From Puccinia triticina (lineage: Eukaryota): DNA of 64,000 bases. The stretch spans positions 62,001 to 126,000 of the forward strand of contig CP110440.1 of the NCBI GenBank assembly GCA_026914245.1, given 5' to 3'. The notes beneath the pieces were generated by a model. The model saw nothing but the letters and a program-made list of their open reading frames with translations. It was not told the DNA's origin and made no database searches. The position numbers and the translations under genes are program-made. Below are positions 40,274-53,000 of the stretch, piece after piece (within the stretch, counting starts at the first letter, position 1; every line of letters begins with the position of its first letter).

Positions 40274-43200
40274 TCAAGTTGTCTGCCTAGGCATAATGAT
40301 AATAGTCTTGGTGATACCAATATGAGACAGCCCATGAGGTTCATCGGTGGAGTTCAATTCATCCAATGTTCGAGCTCGGGTAAGGATTGGTTCAGTATGG
40401 TGTTTCAAGATTGATTCTTTGAGCATGGCCCCCCTGTGTTCGCTCAGCAAAGCTCTAACGGCGGCAGCTTGATCCGGTGTCCGAGAGGAGCCCTTCTGAG
40501 TTTGACCGGATTCCAGTCCAAGTGGCTTTGGTCTGTCTGGAAGGGATGAAGTTAGGACCTTGTGCTGGCGAACCCGAAGATGCATTTTCTCGAGGTCGAT
40601 GATATGCTGAGTGAAACCAAGAGTAATGCAGCGTATACATCGGTTAATCATATCTAGAGAAGGGGTCCTACAGGATGAAGAATGGCGTCAGGCGGTTTAA
40701 ACCTCAAGCAAACTAAAGGGAAACACTAACTGCATTCTATTCCTACATGATTTTGCCTCCCGGTGTCGAGAATCAAACGACTGGAGGACTTCGGACATTT
40801 GAGAAATACCGTGTTTGACATCCTAAAAAACGAGCGTGAGTCGTCAGTGGAAGCCAAGTTCAACCAATGCCCATTCACACTGCTTACTCTAATCAGGCGC
40901 CGCATGTCTTTTTGATGAGCACGCTGGACAGGCCCTAGTTGTCTTGAGCGTATTACTTGTGAAAATGTGGGGTCACTACGAAGACGCCAAAGTCGCTTGA
41001 TTTCGTCTAGTTTCATGTCAACTGGAAGGAAATCTCACGTTAATATCACATCTAGTCAGATAAATTAAGGTGAGACGAAGCTTAGATACTTTTTATGGTA
41101 ACACCGTCCAAAGCTGCGATAGCCTGACCGCGTGACTCGTATTCCGCCTTTTTTTGCTTAGTATGTTCTGCGAAGTACTGAACAAACTGGTACAAGAGCG
41201 ACAAGTCTCCGAATGCCCAGTTTTGGAACTGCGATAGATCCGCAACCTGTGGTTCGGATTGCAGTTTCTTCTGACATTCTTCCAAATAGCGCCGACAGAC
41301 CAAGCCGACCGGAGCTAACTGGAAATGTTTGGTGAGAGAGTGTTAAGTAAAGAGACAAATAACAATAAGGATCCTCTCATCTCAAAGATGCCACTCACAC
41401 AATCTATTTCCGACGTTATCGAATCAGTGATTGCCGATAAAGCTTCATCCAAAGGCTTTCCGGCGACATCAGGAAATCTCTCACTCGAATCGAGATTTAT
41501 TTTGGGGACATTATTTGATTCTAAAGTTTTCATTGGAACTGTGAATTCTGGTCGTGTCGCCAAAAAAGGTGGCTTCACAGTGGAAGTAGGAGGCGTGGGG
41601 GAAGGTTCCTCGCGGGGCGTGAGAGGTGGCGCATGAGCCGGCATGGATGTAGGTGACTGTGGGGAGGTAGATACCGCCGAGATAGATGACCTTCTAGATG
41701 ACTGATCGGATGTGGGCGAAAGCGTTGAGGTGGGCGACTTCGAGCAGGCTCGTGGTGGCGTGGAAGGAGTTGACTTCGGGGAGCCAGATGATGGCGTAGA
41801 ATTACGTGAATTTTGGGAGGATGCAAGCGGTCCCAAAGCCGCTTGATTATTGTCTAGGGAAAGTTTTCCAAAGGTCAGAAGACTCGAGGAGGCAGAAGCG
41901 CCGAATCCAGATGGTGTAGAAGTAGGTGGCTTGGGTGAGGATGGAGGCGATTCCGATGAGGATGAAGGCGGTCCAGGTGACAGTGGAGGCGGTCCCGATG
42001 ATGGTGGAGGCGGTCCCGAGGGTGATCGAGGCGGTCCCGATGACGCTTGACTGTTGGCAAGGGAGAGTTGACCAAAGGCCGCAGAACTCGAGGAGGCAAA
42101 AGAGGTCAATCCAGATGCTTTAGAGGTCGGCGCCTGAGGGGCAGTGTCAGAAGGGGTCGAAGCATCTTTGGCTGGGGAAGGCTTCTCAGAGGCCGTCACA
42201 TTGTTTGAGGCAAAAGAGCTTAATCCAGATGCCGTGGACGGAGGTGGCTTCGGCGAGGATGGTCGCGATCCCGATAAGGCTGGGCTACTGACTCGCGAGG
42301 GTGAACGAGAGGCCACGGGGGTTGAGGCGACGAAAGAGCTCAATCCAGACGCTTTAGAGGGAGTCTCCGCTTGAGGCACAGGGTCAGAAGAAGTGGAAGC
42401 ACTTTTGGCTGGGGAGGGTTTGCCGAAGGCCGACACATTCCCTGAGGCGAAGGAGCCGAATCCAAAAGCCGTAGAAGTAGGCGGCTTCTCAGAGGACGAG
42501 AACGGTCCCGAGGAGGGTTGACTATTGGCTAGCGACGGTTGACCAAATGCCGCAGGGGTTGAGCCGGCAAAAGAGCCGAATCCAAACGACGTGGAAGTCG
42601 GTGGCTTCAGCGGGGATGGACGCGGTCCCGAAGAGGTTTGGCTGCTGGCTAGAGAAGATTGGCCAAAGGCTACGGGTGTTGAGGCGGCAAAAGAACCGAA
42701 TCCAGACGCCTTGGGAGGAGTCGCCGCTTCAGAGACGGGGTCAGAAGAAGTCGAAGTATCCTTGGCTGGGGAGGGCTTGCCAAAGGCCGTCACGTTACTT
42801 GAAGAGGCAAGATAGCTTGTTCCGGATGGCGTGGAAGTAGGTAGCTTATCGGGGGTTGAAAACGGTCCCGAAGAGGGTTGACTGTTGGCTAGCGAGAGTT
42901 GACCAAAGGAGACGGGGGTTGAGCCGGCGAAAGAGCTAAATGTCGTTGCTTTAGACGGAGTCGCCGGGGTCGGTGCATCTTTAGCTGGGGAGGGCTTGCC
43001 AAAAGCCACCACATTCTTTGAGGGGGCAAAAGAGCTTAATGCAGATGACGTGGAAGTAGTTGGCTTCGGCGAGGATGGACGCGATCCCGAGGAGGCTCGG
43101 CTGGTGGCTCGGGAGCTTTGGCTGCTGGCTGGAGAGCTTTGGTTGCTGGCTTGGGAGGGCTGATCGAAGGCTACGGGGGTTGAGGCGGCAAGCGGACCAA

Positions 43201-46038
43201 ATCTCGATTCTTTAGGAGGAGTCGCCGCTTGAGGTGCTGTGTCGGAAGATGTTGCAGCATCTTGGACTGGGGCGGGTCCGCCAAAGGCCGATACATTCTT
43301 TGAGGAGGCAAAGGAACCGAATCCGGATGGAGTTGACGTAGCTGGCTTTGCGGGAGTTGAAAACAGTCCCGAGGAGGTCTGGCTACTGGCTTGCGAGGGT
43401 TGACCGAATGCTGCGGGGGTTGAGGCGGCAAAAGAGGAGAATCCAAATGCCGTAGAATTGGGTGGCTTCGGCGAGGATTCACGCGGTGCCGATGAAGCTT
43501 GGCTGTTGGCTAGAGGGGTTTGGCTGCTGGCTACCGAGGGTTGCCCAAAGGCCACAGGTGCTGAGGCGGCAAACGAGCCGAATCCAGATGCTTTAGCAGC
43601 AGTCGCCGGTTGAGGTGCAGTGTCGCCAGAGGTCGAATCATCTTTGGCGGACGAGGGCTTGACAAAGGTCGACACATTACTTGAGGAGGCGAAAGAACCG
43701 AATCCGGCTGGGGTGGATGTTGCTGGCTTTGCGGGTGTTGAAAACGGGCCAGAGGAGGTCTGGCTGGTGGCTAGGGAGGGTTGCCCAAAGGCCACGGGCG
43801 CTGAGGCGGCAAACGAACTAAATCCAGACGTTTTAGAAGCAGTCGACGGTTGAGAGACAGTGTTGGCAGAGGTGGAATCCTCTTTGGCGGAGGAGGGTTT
43901 GCCAAAGGCCGACACATTACTTGAGGAGGCAAAGGAACCGAATCCGGATGGGGTGGACGTCGCTGGTTTTGCTGGGGTTGAAAACGGGCCCAAGAATGAT
44001 TGGCTGGTGGCTAGAGAGGATTGCCCAAAGGCCACGGGCGCTGATGCGGCAAACGAACCGAACCCGGATGTGGTAGAAGCAGGTGGCTTGGCAGGTGATC
44101 CCGATGAAGTTTGACTGCTGGCTAGAGAAGATTGTCCAAAGGCCACGGGGGTCGAGCCGGCAAACGAGCCGAATCCGGAAGGGGTGGACGTCGCTGGGGT
44201 TGAAAACGGTGCCGAGGCGGAGGGCTGGCTGGTGGCTAGGGATGGTTGGCCGAAGGCTAGCGAAGGCTGGCCAAAGGCGGCAGGACTCGAGCCGGTCAAC
44301 GCGCCGGATGCGGATGATTGAGAAGCAGCGGGCGGTTGTTGAGGGTTAACAGTCTGGGAGGTATCTCGAGCAGAGTTGAGAGGCTTTGCGGGTGAGGGTG
44401 GTGAGGGGGCTTGTTGGATGCCCTTGTCGGGTGCGGCTGATATGTCGCTAAAGTTAGTGATTTCCGGCCAGAGTTCGAGGTCCTGGGGTAAAGAAGGATC
44501 GGTGAATGCGAGTTTCCAGAGGCTGAGTACGCCGTCGGTGGTGTAGCACCATATCAGGGGCGACCTTTGACGGCTGCAATAGCTCAGTGCGAAGCCTAGG
44601 GGGCCCGAGGGAGCATAGTCTTCTTCGGTGACCGGGATCTCCGGGCGGCCTTCCTCAAGATCTAGGTAGAATGGCTTGTCGAGCTGGTCATATCCGACGA
44701 GCGTGAGGGAGGTACTGTTGGTGAAGGATGAGATGGCGATGTGTTTCCAATGGGACTGTGGATTGACGGAGATGGCTAGCGTCAGAAGGCCGGGTGGCAG
44801 AGTTGTGTCGCCGTCGGTGGTGATCGCATCAACCACTCTGGCAAACGTGCATGCTGGGGACTCGGATTGCTTGGGGACGTTGAGACAATATGTTTCGTTT
44901 GGTTCGTCAGATGGTTGATCGGCTGTCGGAGCGAAAGTGACGATATAATTCTTTTGATCGAGCCACTTGAGATGCATAACTAATGATACAAATAACATGT
45001 ATGTCAGATCTTATTATTCTTTTTTGTTATTCTATTTTGTTATTCTTTCTTATTTTTTCTGATTCGATTCTATTTTTTTTCTTATTGTTTTTTATCTTAT
45101 TGTTTTTTATCTTATTCATTTTTGTCTTGTCCTTTTTTTTTATCTTATTCTTTTTTATCTTATTCTTTTGAATTTTTTAATTTAATTTAATTTTTTATCC
45201 CTTTTTCCAAATTATTTTTTTGTATGCAAAATTGAATGTTTACCTGAAAGGGCCTCCTTCCCCAAGAGTGCTGGGCAATCGATCTTGCCTTTGCTGATCC
45301 CGTCGTGAGTCAGGAACTCGAGCGTGCCGTGATCATAGCCGACCAGGAGACGTTTGCCCATCGGACTCCACTCGGCTGCGGTGGCGCGTTGGCTGGTCGT
45401 ATAGGTCTTCTGGCCGTCGTAGCAGTCGACCACTGTGATCGTCCCGTCCTGATAGACCAGGGCGATGAGGGCTGCGAGCGGGCCTCCCTTGCTTGGATTG
45501 GGGACCAGCATGCGCAGAGAGCCATTCGAAGAAGCGGGGCGGATCGAGCTCGATGGGGCGGTGTTTTTCTGGGTGACCAAGTGGTGTAATGAGAATATGT
45601 GTAGGGCGCCGTCTGAGGTGGCTAGGACGACGAGCCGATCGCAGGCAGCGAAGGCGGCATGGGTTACGAATACCGAGGGGTCCGGACAGAGGGGGGCGGT
45701 GGGCACGACGATGGATTGGGTTTTGTTGAGGGCGGGGGTGGAGAAGGGCTCTGCTTGGTCGATGGAGCTTTGCAAGTCGTCGATCCGGGCCAGAATTAGG
45801 GCGGGGGCTGGGGAGGAGATGACGATGAGCGCCCATCCAAAGAGGTTGGAGAGCGCAAACAAGGAATGGTGGGTTTTCGGCAGGGCCTCCGGCGGTGGAC
45901 AGACACGTAGATTGGTGGCAGGCTTGTATGGGCTCAGAGATATCGAGTCCTGGGGCGAGCAGTCAGTTCTGGGGACACGGAGAAAGAGGGAAAGCAGAAG
46001 AAGAACTCAACTCCGACATCCTTGGGGTCTGCGTCCAT
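40274..46038 (-). CDS. NUP159: FG nucleoporin, Nup159/Nup214-like
   Basis: N-terminal beta-propeller exon (WSPMGKRLLVG); long S/T/P-rich region with many AFG/GFGSF repeats; helical C-terminal exons. 3' end approximate. Confidence 0.8.
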
Positions 46039-46259
46039 CCTGATTCCTGGCGGCGGTATGGAGGAAGTGATCGCTGTGAAGGGTGAGGTGACTGGCTGGG
46101 AGATGTCGCGCGGCCTGTCACCGATCTACAGTACTCCCGAGCTTAGCTAAGCCTCCCGATCGGGGGTCGGGGGGACCCCGCGTCTCTTCGGGGACGCTCC
46201 TCCTCCGGCGCCTCCTCGGAAGGAAGGGACTGAAGTTCGGCATACTCCTGAAGCCGACG

Positions 46260-48204
46260 ATGTTTGGGAATATTGGCGAGGATGGGCACTGCCAGCGATG
46301 CAAGCAGCCGCTGCGAATCGACGACGAGCTGGCGCCCTCGGCCTACGACCTCATCGCCTGTAAGCAGCACACTCAACCCACCTCACCATCATACACACAT
46401 ACTCACCACCATCATCATCCACCCACCAGCACTCTCCGACAGGGGCGGCACTCCCCAGCCCACTCCCCAGCGCGCCCGAAACCAGCCCCATACCCGAGCG
46501 AACAGACTGCCAACCCCACCCCCCAGCAGGGACCAGTGCACCCATCCGGGGCCCGCCGAAAGCTTTGTCGTCCTCTCCGAGAGCACGCTCGGCGCTGCAC
46601 GCGCTCAGCCCGACCTCAGACACGAACCCCCTCAATCCCACGGCCACCCGTGCCCCAAAACCACCGACCGCGTCTTCAAACTCGCCGAACTGCTCTCCGG
46701 CAACCCCCCAAAATTCAAACATCCGCTGTGTACCGAATGCACCGACAAGCTGCTCGAGTGGATGCACAACCAACTCCAGTCGGCCAAATCGAACAGAGAC
46801 CGATATGCGATCTTCGAGCGAGAGCTCAATCGGGAGAAGAGCGCGGCAGCTGAGGGGTCCTACGAGAGCTGCAAGAAAATCAAGCAGGACATCGAAGAGG
46901 TCAGCCTGCCTGCTACATATATCATCGCCTTAATTTCACCGGGTTTGATCATTCCACCACCCTCAAAAGCTCAAAATCAGGGAGTCTGTGGCGATTGAAA
47001 AGCTGAGAGAGACAGAGACTGAATGCGAGAAGGTCGAGGCCGAACTAAGAGAGATCGAACGGCTGGAATCCAAACAAGACAATGAGGAAGAGGAGTTGAG
47101 TGCTCATCCCTTGAGGGAAAAAAAAGCCCTCATCCTTACTCACTCTTGGATCACACAGGTTCTGGGATGATTACAACCAGTACTTACTCGAATACGAAGA
47201 TATCCAGTCCCAGCTAGACTCGCTCACCACCAGATACCGCAACGATCAAAACGAGCTAGCAAAACTGAGAGCCACCAACGTATACAGTCAGTCGCCCTGC
47301 TTAACATCTCAGATCACTACCCCCCACGCGCCCTGAATGTTTCCGTTGGTCTTGCCATAGAGGATGCATTTTGCATCGGATGTGAAACGGGCGTCGGGAC
47401 CATCAATGGCTTGCGACTAGGCAGGCTGACCGATGTTCCAGTAAGTAAAGCAGTCAATTCTAGCAGTCCAACTTGCCATCAGAGTCCGGGCTGAAACGCT
47501 GAGAGAGAGTAGGTGGAATGGGTCGAGATCAATGCAGCCTGGGGCCATACGGCTCTACTGCTCCAGACCTTATGCAAACGGCTCAAGTTCACCCTTGATG
47601 GGTTAGCAGCAATCACCAATCTGCTCATCGGCCTCACTCGACTAGAAGCAATTCATTCACACATCATCTGTTGGGCTATCATCATTGCAGATACCGCTTG
47701 ATCCCCATGGGCTCCTTCTCCCGCATCGAACGCACCAAGGGTGACAAATCCTGTCTAGAACTGTATGTCTATCTACTCCCACTCAGAGAGAACTCGCACT
47801 CAAGGGAAGGGTATGCACTCAATCGACTGGGCGGTGCATATCGGTAGGTTCGGATCAGATGATTTCGCATTGGCTCGAATGTTACACAATCGCCGATTCG
47901 ATAGCGCCATGGTCGACTTTCTGGAGTGCTTGAGACAGGTATCGGAGCAGGTGGTCAAGCGAAGCCCTCAGACCAAGATTCCGTTTCGGTCAGGTTTTGG
48001 TTTTCTTCATCCTTTCTTGCTCAGATTTGGAAACTCACTTTCACACCCTCTCTTTACACATCGAGTAGTGTTCACAAGGACAAGATCGGCGAGGCGTCGA
48101 TCAAGCTGTCCTTCTCCTCTGATGAGGCGTGGACGAGTGCACTCAGACACGTCCTGTTCACATTGAAAATCATGAATGCGGCCTTGGATCATGTATCGAA
48201 TTGA
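46260..48204 (+). CDS. ATG6: Atg6/Vps30/Beclin-1
   Basis: CQRCKQPL, PAESFVVL, HPLCTECT, coiled coil, TNVY.DAF, GTINGLRLGR, VEWVEINAAWG, WTSALRHVL. Confidence 0.95.
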
Positions 48205-48895
48205 ATCAGTGTACTTGTAAGTGTAGATACTGGTAGATTTTCAGCCTCTCTCAGCCTCAAATTTATTTTGATAACTAGTTAAATACCTAAAAATTTACAT
48301 CAATCAAGACTTGTAGCTCTCAATTCTACTCAGACCAGATGACTTCCTGTTGAGATCTGCGGGCCTCCCAGGAGTGATCTAGAGCCCAAAAGGCTAGATT
48401 TCCCTGCAAAAATCTAGACTTTTTGGGTCTAAACCAACATCTGCTGGGGTCCCAGATTGCATGGGAAGTGCTCCACTAGGCATGTAGATCTAGCAAAATA
48501 TTGTCGTGTTTGAGATGTGTAGTTTCTCAATTGTGATGATTCATGTGTACTAGCTGAGGTGTGTAGTTTCTCAGTTGTATTATGGTGTTCAAAATTGATT
48601 TTCAAACTGCTTTCTACATAAAATCATAAGAACTACATGTCCGAAGTTCTGATGGGGTGAAAGTTGAGGGTTCTCTTCATTTAGAGCATCCACCACCATC
48701 TCTGTAAACCCGCTTGGTAAGGCATATTTACCAAGTATGTAAGCAATTTTCTACCCCTGTGCCCTCTTTAGGGCTCTTTAGCTAAATAGTTGTTTGGTAA
48801 ATCTTTAACCAACGGCTACAGAGCCTCTGTAAGACCATTCTAGTGAGCCTGCTGACTGCCCTCGCTAAAATTTTCACAACTCCTACAAACACCCA

Positions 48896-49882
48896 ATGGC
48901 CAACTCTCCCCCCCCCCCCCCCCCAGAAGACACACCAGAACCAACTCCTGTCAATTTATCTCAGCCAAAGAAAAAGTGTTGATCAAACTGGCTTCCTTGT
49001 GAGGAAGATCAGCTTGCAATATCCTGGATCTACACAAGCAAACAACCCAAATTCGCCACAAACCAGTCAGGCAAGACATTCTTTTGCAAGCTTGAGTCTC
49101 ACTTCAACACTCACTCCAAGGCACACTATTGGGATCATACTCAAATTAAAACTAGGTAAGCCATCTTGAGTAAGTCTTGTCATCATGGCATTTGCTAATG
49201 CTACTGTGCCAGATGGACTGCAATGAATACAGCTACACTCAAGTTTTTGTCTATTTACAATATGGTCAAGCGTAATCCTCCGAGTGGGTCAAGCCCAGAC
49301 AATTGGATGCAAGAATCACTGTGAAACTATCAAGACCAGAACAAAGGAGTGGTCTTCAATTCCCTCTTGGCTTGGCACAAGCTCTGATTTGCTCCTAAAT
49401 GGCGAGCTGACAGTTGAGTCAAACAGCCATCCACACCACTGCACCCAAACCAGTTGCCCAACTCAAATGACCCCACTGATGCTTCAACAACGGGCATCAC
49501 TCCTAGCACCTGATTGGCCGCTTTGATTGATTGTCCCATTGGTGGGAAAGCAGCCAAGAGACGTCGGATTGAAGGTTATAAACAGGATGAAGCAATTGCG
49601 CAAGCCAACAATCTCGCCAAGATTGCCCAAGAACGCCTTGGTGCCTTTCAAAAGGGCAACAAAATACTCATTGCAAAGAATAACATAGAAAAAGAGAAGT
49701 TGAAAATAGAAGAACTGAAGCTAGAATTGGAAAAAGAGAAGGTGTCTATAGAGAAGGAGTACCGTCAAAGTGAGACCCAGATGAACAACTTCAAGCTGCT
49801 CCGCAAAGACAAGGACATTGACAACAACAATACAAAAGAATTCCTGATGATTATGAAGGAAGGAATAAAAAGCAAATGGTGA
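48896..49882 (+). pseudogene. Harbinger ORF1 (Myb/SANT-like DNA-binding protein), frameshifted
   Basis: RWTAMNTATLKF...Y segment after an intron; PIGGKAAKRRR; C-terminal coiled coil; disrupted frame. Confidence 0.75.
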
Positions 49883-50650
49883 TCTCATGCTTCATAGAGT
49901 CGCTTGATGGTTCAAGAACAATCCCTCTTGTATCTATCACGTGATCAATAGATCTCTCTCTCTCCTCTCTTTCATCTAACTTGTGATCAATCAATCAATC
50001 AAGCTCGCTCTCTCCTCTCTTTCATCTAACTTGTGATCAATCAATCAATCAAGCTCGCTCTCTCCTCTCTTGTTGATTTGATTCATCTCTCTCTTGTTTT
50101 TGCTTGCAACAATTCAATTTATTTTGGTGCAAGCAATAACTACTACACAATAAAATTGAATGAGATAAAAATGAAACTATGGGAGTCATGAGATAACAAT
50201 AAAAATAAATGAGAGCTAATTAATCCATCTCATCACCTCGGAGCAACCAGTTATAGATCTTGAGGTCCTTGCGCAACTGGGCATTTATTTCAGGGTTGTG
50301 ATGTAGGTCCCGGTTGTTCTGGAGATAAGTTGCCCAGGTATGTGCTAAGGTAGGATCACAATGATTCTCAATGATTTCAGTGTTGGTTTTGTCTAGGAAG
50401 GGATCCAGCGGTGATCCTTCTTTGACAATCATATTATGGAGAATGATACAGCAGATCATCAACTCCATCACTTTGTGCTTCTGCCATATTCGGCAACCAT
50501 GAGTGAGGACATGCCAACACGCCTGCAGTACGCCAAATGTTTGCTCAATATCTTTTTGGGTGGATTTCTGTAGCTTGGCGAAGTGCTTGGATGTGCCATC
50601 CTGCGGGTTCTTGATTGATGAGACTAGTGTTGACCAAGGCGGGTAGATCT

Positions 50651-51760
50651 TGTCAGCCTTAGAGATACATCAAAGTATCCAAAAGTCTGCAATAACTTAG
50701 TGAATAATAATAATTATTAAATTATTATTGCAGAATCAGATTCCTAATCATAAATTAAGGGGGGTCGCCCACTTAAAGTACCCCCTTATTCCTATTCCTT
50801 CATGTACTAATTGTATAAATAAGAATTGGCCCCAGAAAGCGCCCAAAAAATAGTATTACATACATAAATTTAGTAAAACAAACAATGTACATAAAATTAA
50901 ACTGTTGTACATTAATGAGTAATATTACTTGTGTAAAAATACCCCGTGAAAGTATTATTTAGACTTCTACTGAAGCTCTTTCACATGACAATTGGTTATA
51001 AATATGTCATGTGACAGAGTCAGGGAAATTAGTCTATTACAATACAATTAAATTACCCACAGCCAAGCCCTTTTCACAGCTACACCCCTGGATACTCCCA
51101 TAGGGAGAAAAGGACTCAGTGTTTACGCCCACTGAAGTCCCCTCTATAAATAGAGGCCTATTTGGCCCTCAGGAAAAGATCCCCCAGACCATTCACCGCC
51201 CATAAACTGTAAGTTTGCCGTGAATATTCTCCTCTGCTATATTTGTAGCCAATTTTCCTTATAAACCATCCCCAGCACGTAAAATCCACTGGCTTAAACC
51301 CTTTCACCAGGAAAAAACAATGATCACTTGTCTGCAAGTGACATCAAAAAGTACAAAGGCCCCTTTGTACTTTGCTATGTCACTTGTTGGCAAGTGATCA
51401 TTCTTTTTTCCTGGTGTTTAAATCATCAAAAATCCCTTATTAGCATATTTAAAAGCTTTATCCTTATAAGTAGTTGCCGTAAGACCACCGCCTCTATCAA
51501 GCAGCCAATCAGTTTAAGCGCTTACCACCTACTTTTACGCCAAATTAATTCCCTGTAATTAATAATTACATATTATTAATTACATAATTAATTCCTCCTC
51601 TGTTACAGAGTGTTAAAACCCTTGTAGTGGTTATATTTGCCACGTAACAAGCTTGGTAATTTAAATTACCAGTGTTTACATCAGCACAGTTATAGTGCTA
51701 GGGCCCAAAACCCTTATTTTAACGGGTTTTTTGCCCTAAGCTTCATAAACAGAGCTGGCA
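50651..51760 (+). mobile_element. Solo LTR (about 995 bp net), copy 2
   Basis: TGTCAGC...GCTGGCA ends; 5-bp TSD GATCT; internal TATAAATAG near 51146. Confidence 0.92.
51305..51416. mobile_element. 112-bp hairpin MITE with CACC termini
   Basis: CACCAGGAAAAAA/TTTTTTCCTGGTG; 3-bp TSD TTT; absent from LTR copy 1. Confidence 0.85.
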
Positions 51761-52831
51761 GATCTAGTCACATAGATAGTACCCGTTGTGATAATTGTGG
51801 CCATTGATTGTGTAGTTGATCGATTCTGATGCACCGGCTGGTAAACCATCAAACAAGTGACTCCAATGAAGGACTTTGATATTGTTAAGAGCCCCAGGAG
51901 TACCAAAGAATGCGTGCCAGATTTGAAGATTTTGGCTTGCCACTGCTTCCAACACCATTGTTGGCTTCCTCTCCTTCCCTTTGTACTGGCCTGCAAAACC
52001 CAACGGGCAGTTCTTCCATGCCCAGTGCATGCCATCAATACTGCCAATACAACCTGGAAAGCCTTGGGCTTTGTTCTTGCTCAGGATTATCTTCATTTAT
52101 TTGCGGTTTGGAGGTCGCAAATATTTGGAGGCATAGAGATAGATTATGTGTTTGATGAAGTGCTTGAGAGTTTGGAGCAACATTGTTTCTCCAATTTGCA
52201 CGTACTCGTCAAGACTATCCGCGCACGTCCCATAAGCCAGTTGTTGCAGTGCAGCTGTCATCTTCTGATGGGTTGAGAGGCCTATCTGGCCACAGCAGTC
52301 CTAAGAAACAATGAATAAGTTCAGCCAAGGTTTTTCAAACAGAGGACACAACATAAAAATTACTCACTGCTTTGCCAACCCAGAATCAATCATGCTGCTG
52401 AAGATTCATCCGGAAACGCCGCTTGAAGGTATGATTGTTCCAAACTGGATTCTTGACAAAGTAATCCGCCATCAAATGGTTGTGGCCTGCAATGCAATTG
52501 CGGAGAACAATCTCCCTGGGTTTGGGGCTGGTATTTCTGGGTACAGATTGGGATGCTCGGAGTGCTAGGAGGCAAAGAATGCATTCTTCCTCCTCAAGGT
52601 CCCAGAGGTAATGAAAAAGGTGGGTGTCGGGATCCATTGTTGAGGGAAGTGTTATGTTACCAAGGGGTGCAGATGCAGACAAGGGTGGTGGCGGCTCAGT
52701 ATGTAAATATGTGTTAGCTATCAAGCCAATACCGGCTGGCAAGGGTGGAATATTTCTTTAGGAAAGCTACCAAGCCTTGCGGGACTCACTGGCTACCTAA
52801 AGATTTACCTCAACGGTGGTGGATGCTCTTA

Positions 52832-53000
52832 TGGTGTTCAGAGTTGGTTGGCATAATTTTATGCACACATAAATCATAAAATCTTTTTTGCAGGGGATAT
52901 GACTGTCTGATTATGTAATACAAAATTTCCTCACCAAAATATTTTTATGATTCTATGATTTCTGCATGCATAAAATTATGCAAACCAACTTTGAACACCA
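52832..53000. mobile_element. 169-bp MITE (copy B)
   Basis: Inverted copy of 7492-7660, abutting the right TSD of the Harbinger element. Confidence 0.88.

Larger units (their letters stand above)
50220..52637 (-). pseudogene. Harbinger DDE transposase, interrupted by a solo LTR
   Basis: FKRRFRM, GFPGCIGSIDGMHWAWKNCP, GYYLCD..IYP, KDIEQTFGVLQ, CIILHNMIV. Confidence 0.92.
48684..52828. mobile_element. PIF/Harbinger DNA transposon, full-length but decayed
   Basis: TIR GAGCATCCACCACC; TTA TSD; two convergent ORFs. Confidence 0.93.

Noticed and set aside
41325..44918. Many plus-strand ORFs opposite the nucleoporin
   Set aside because: Antisense shadows of a GC-rich repetitive coding region.
44983..45212. 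Phe/Ile/Leu-rich ORF suggesting a membrane peptide
   Set aside because: Low-complexity T-rich tract within a nucleoporin intron.
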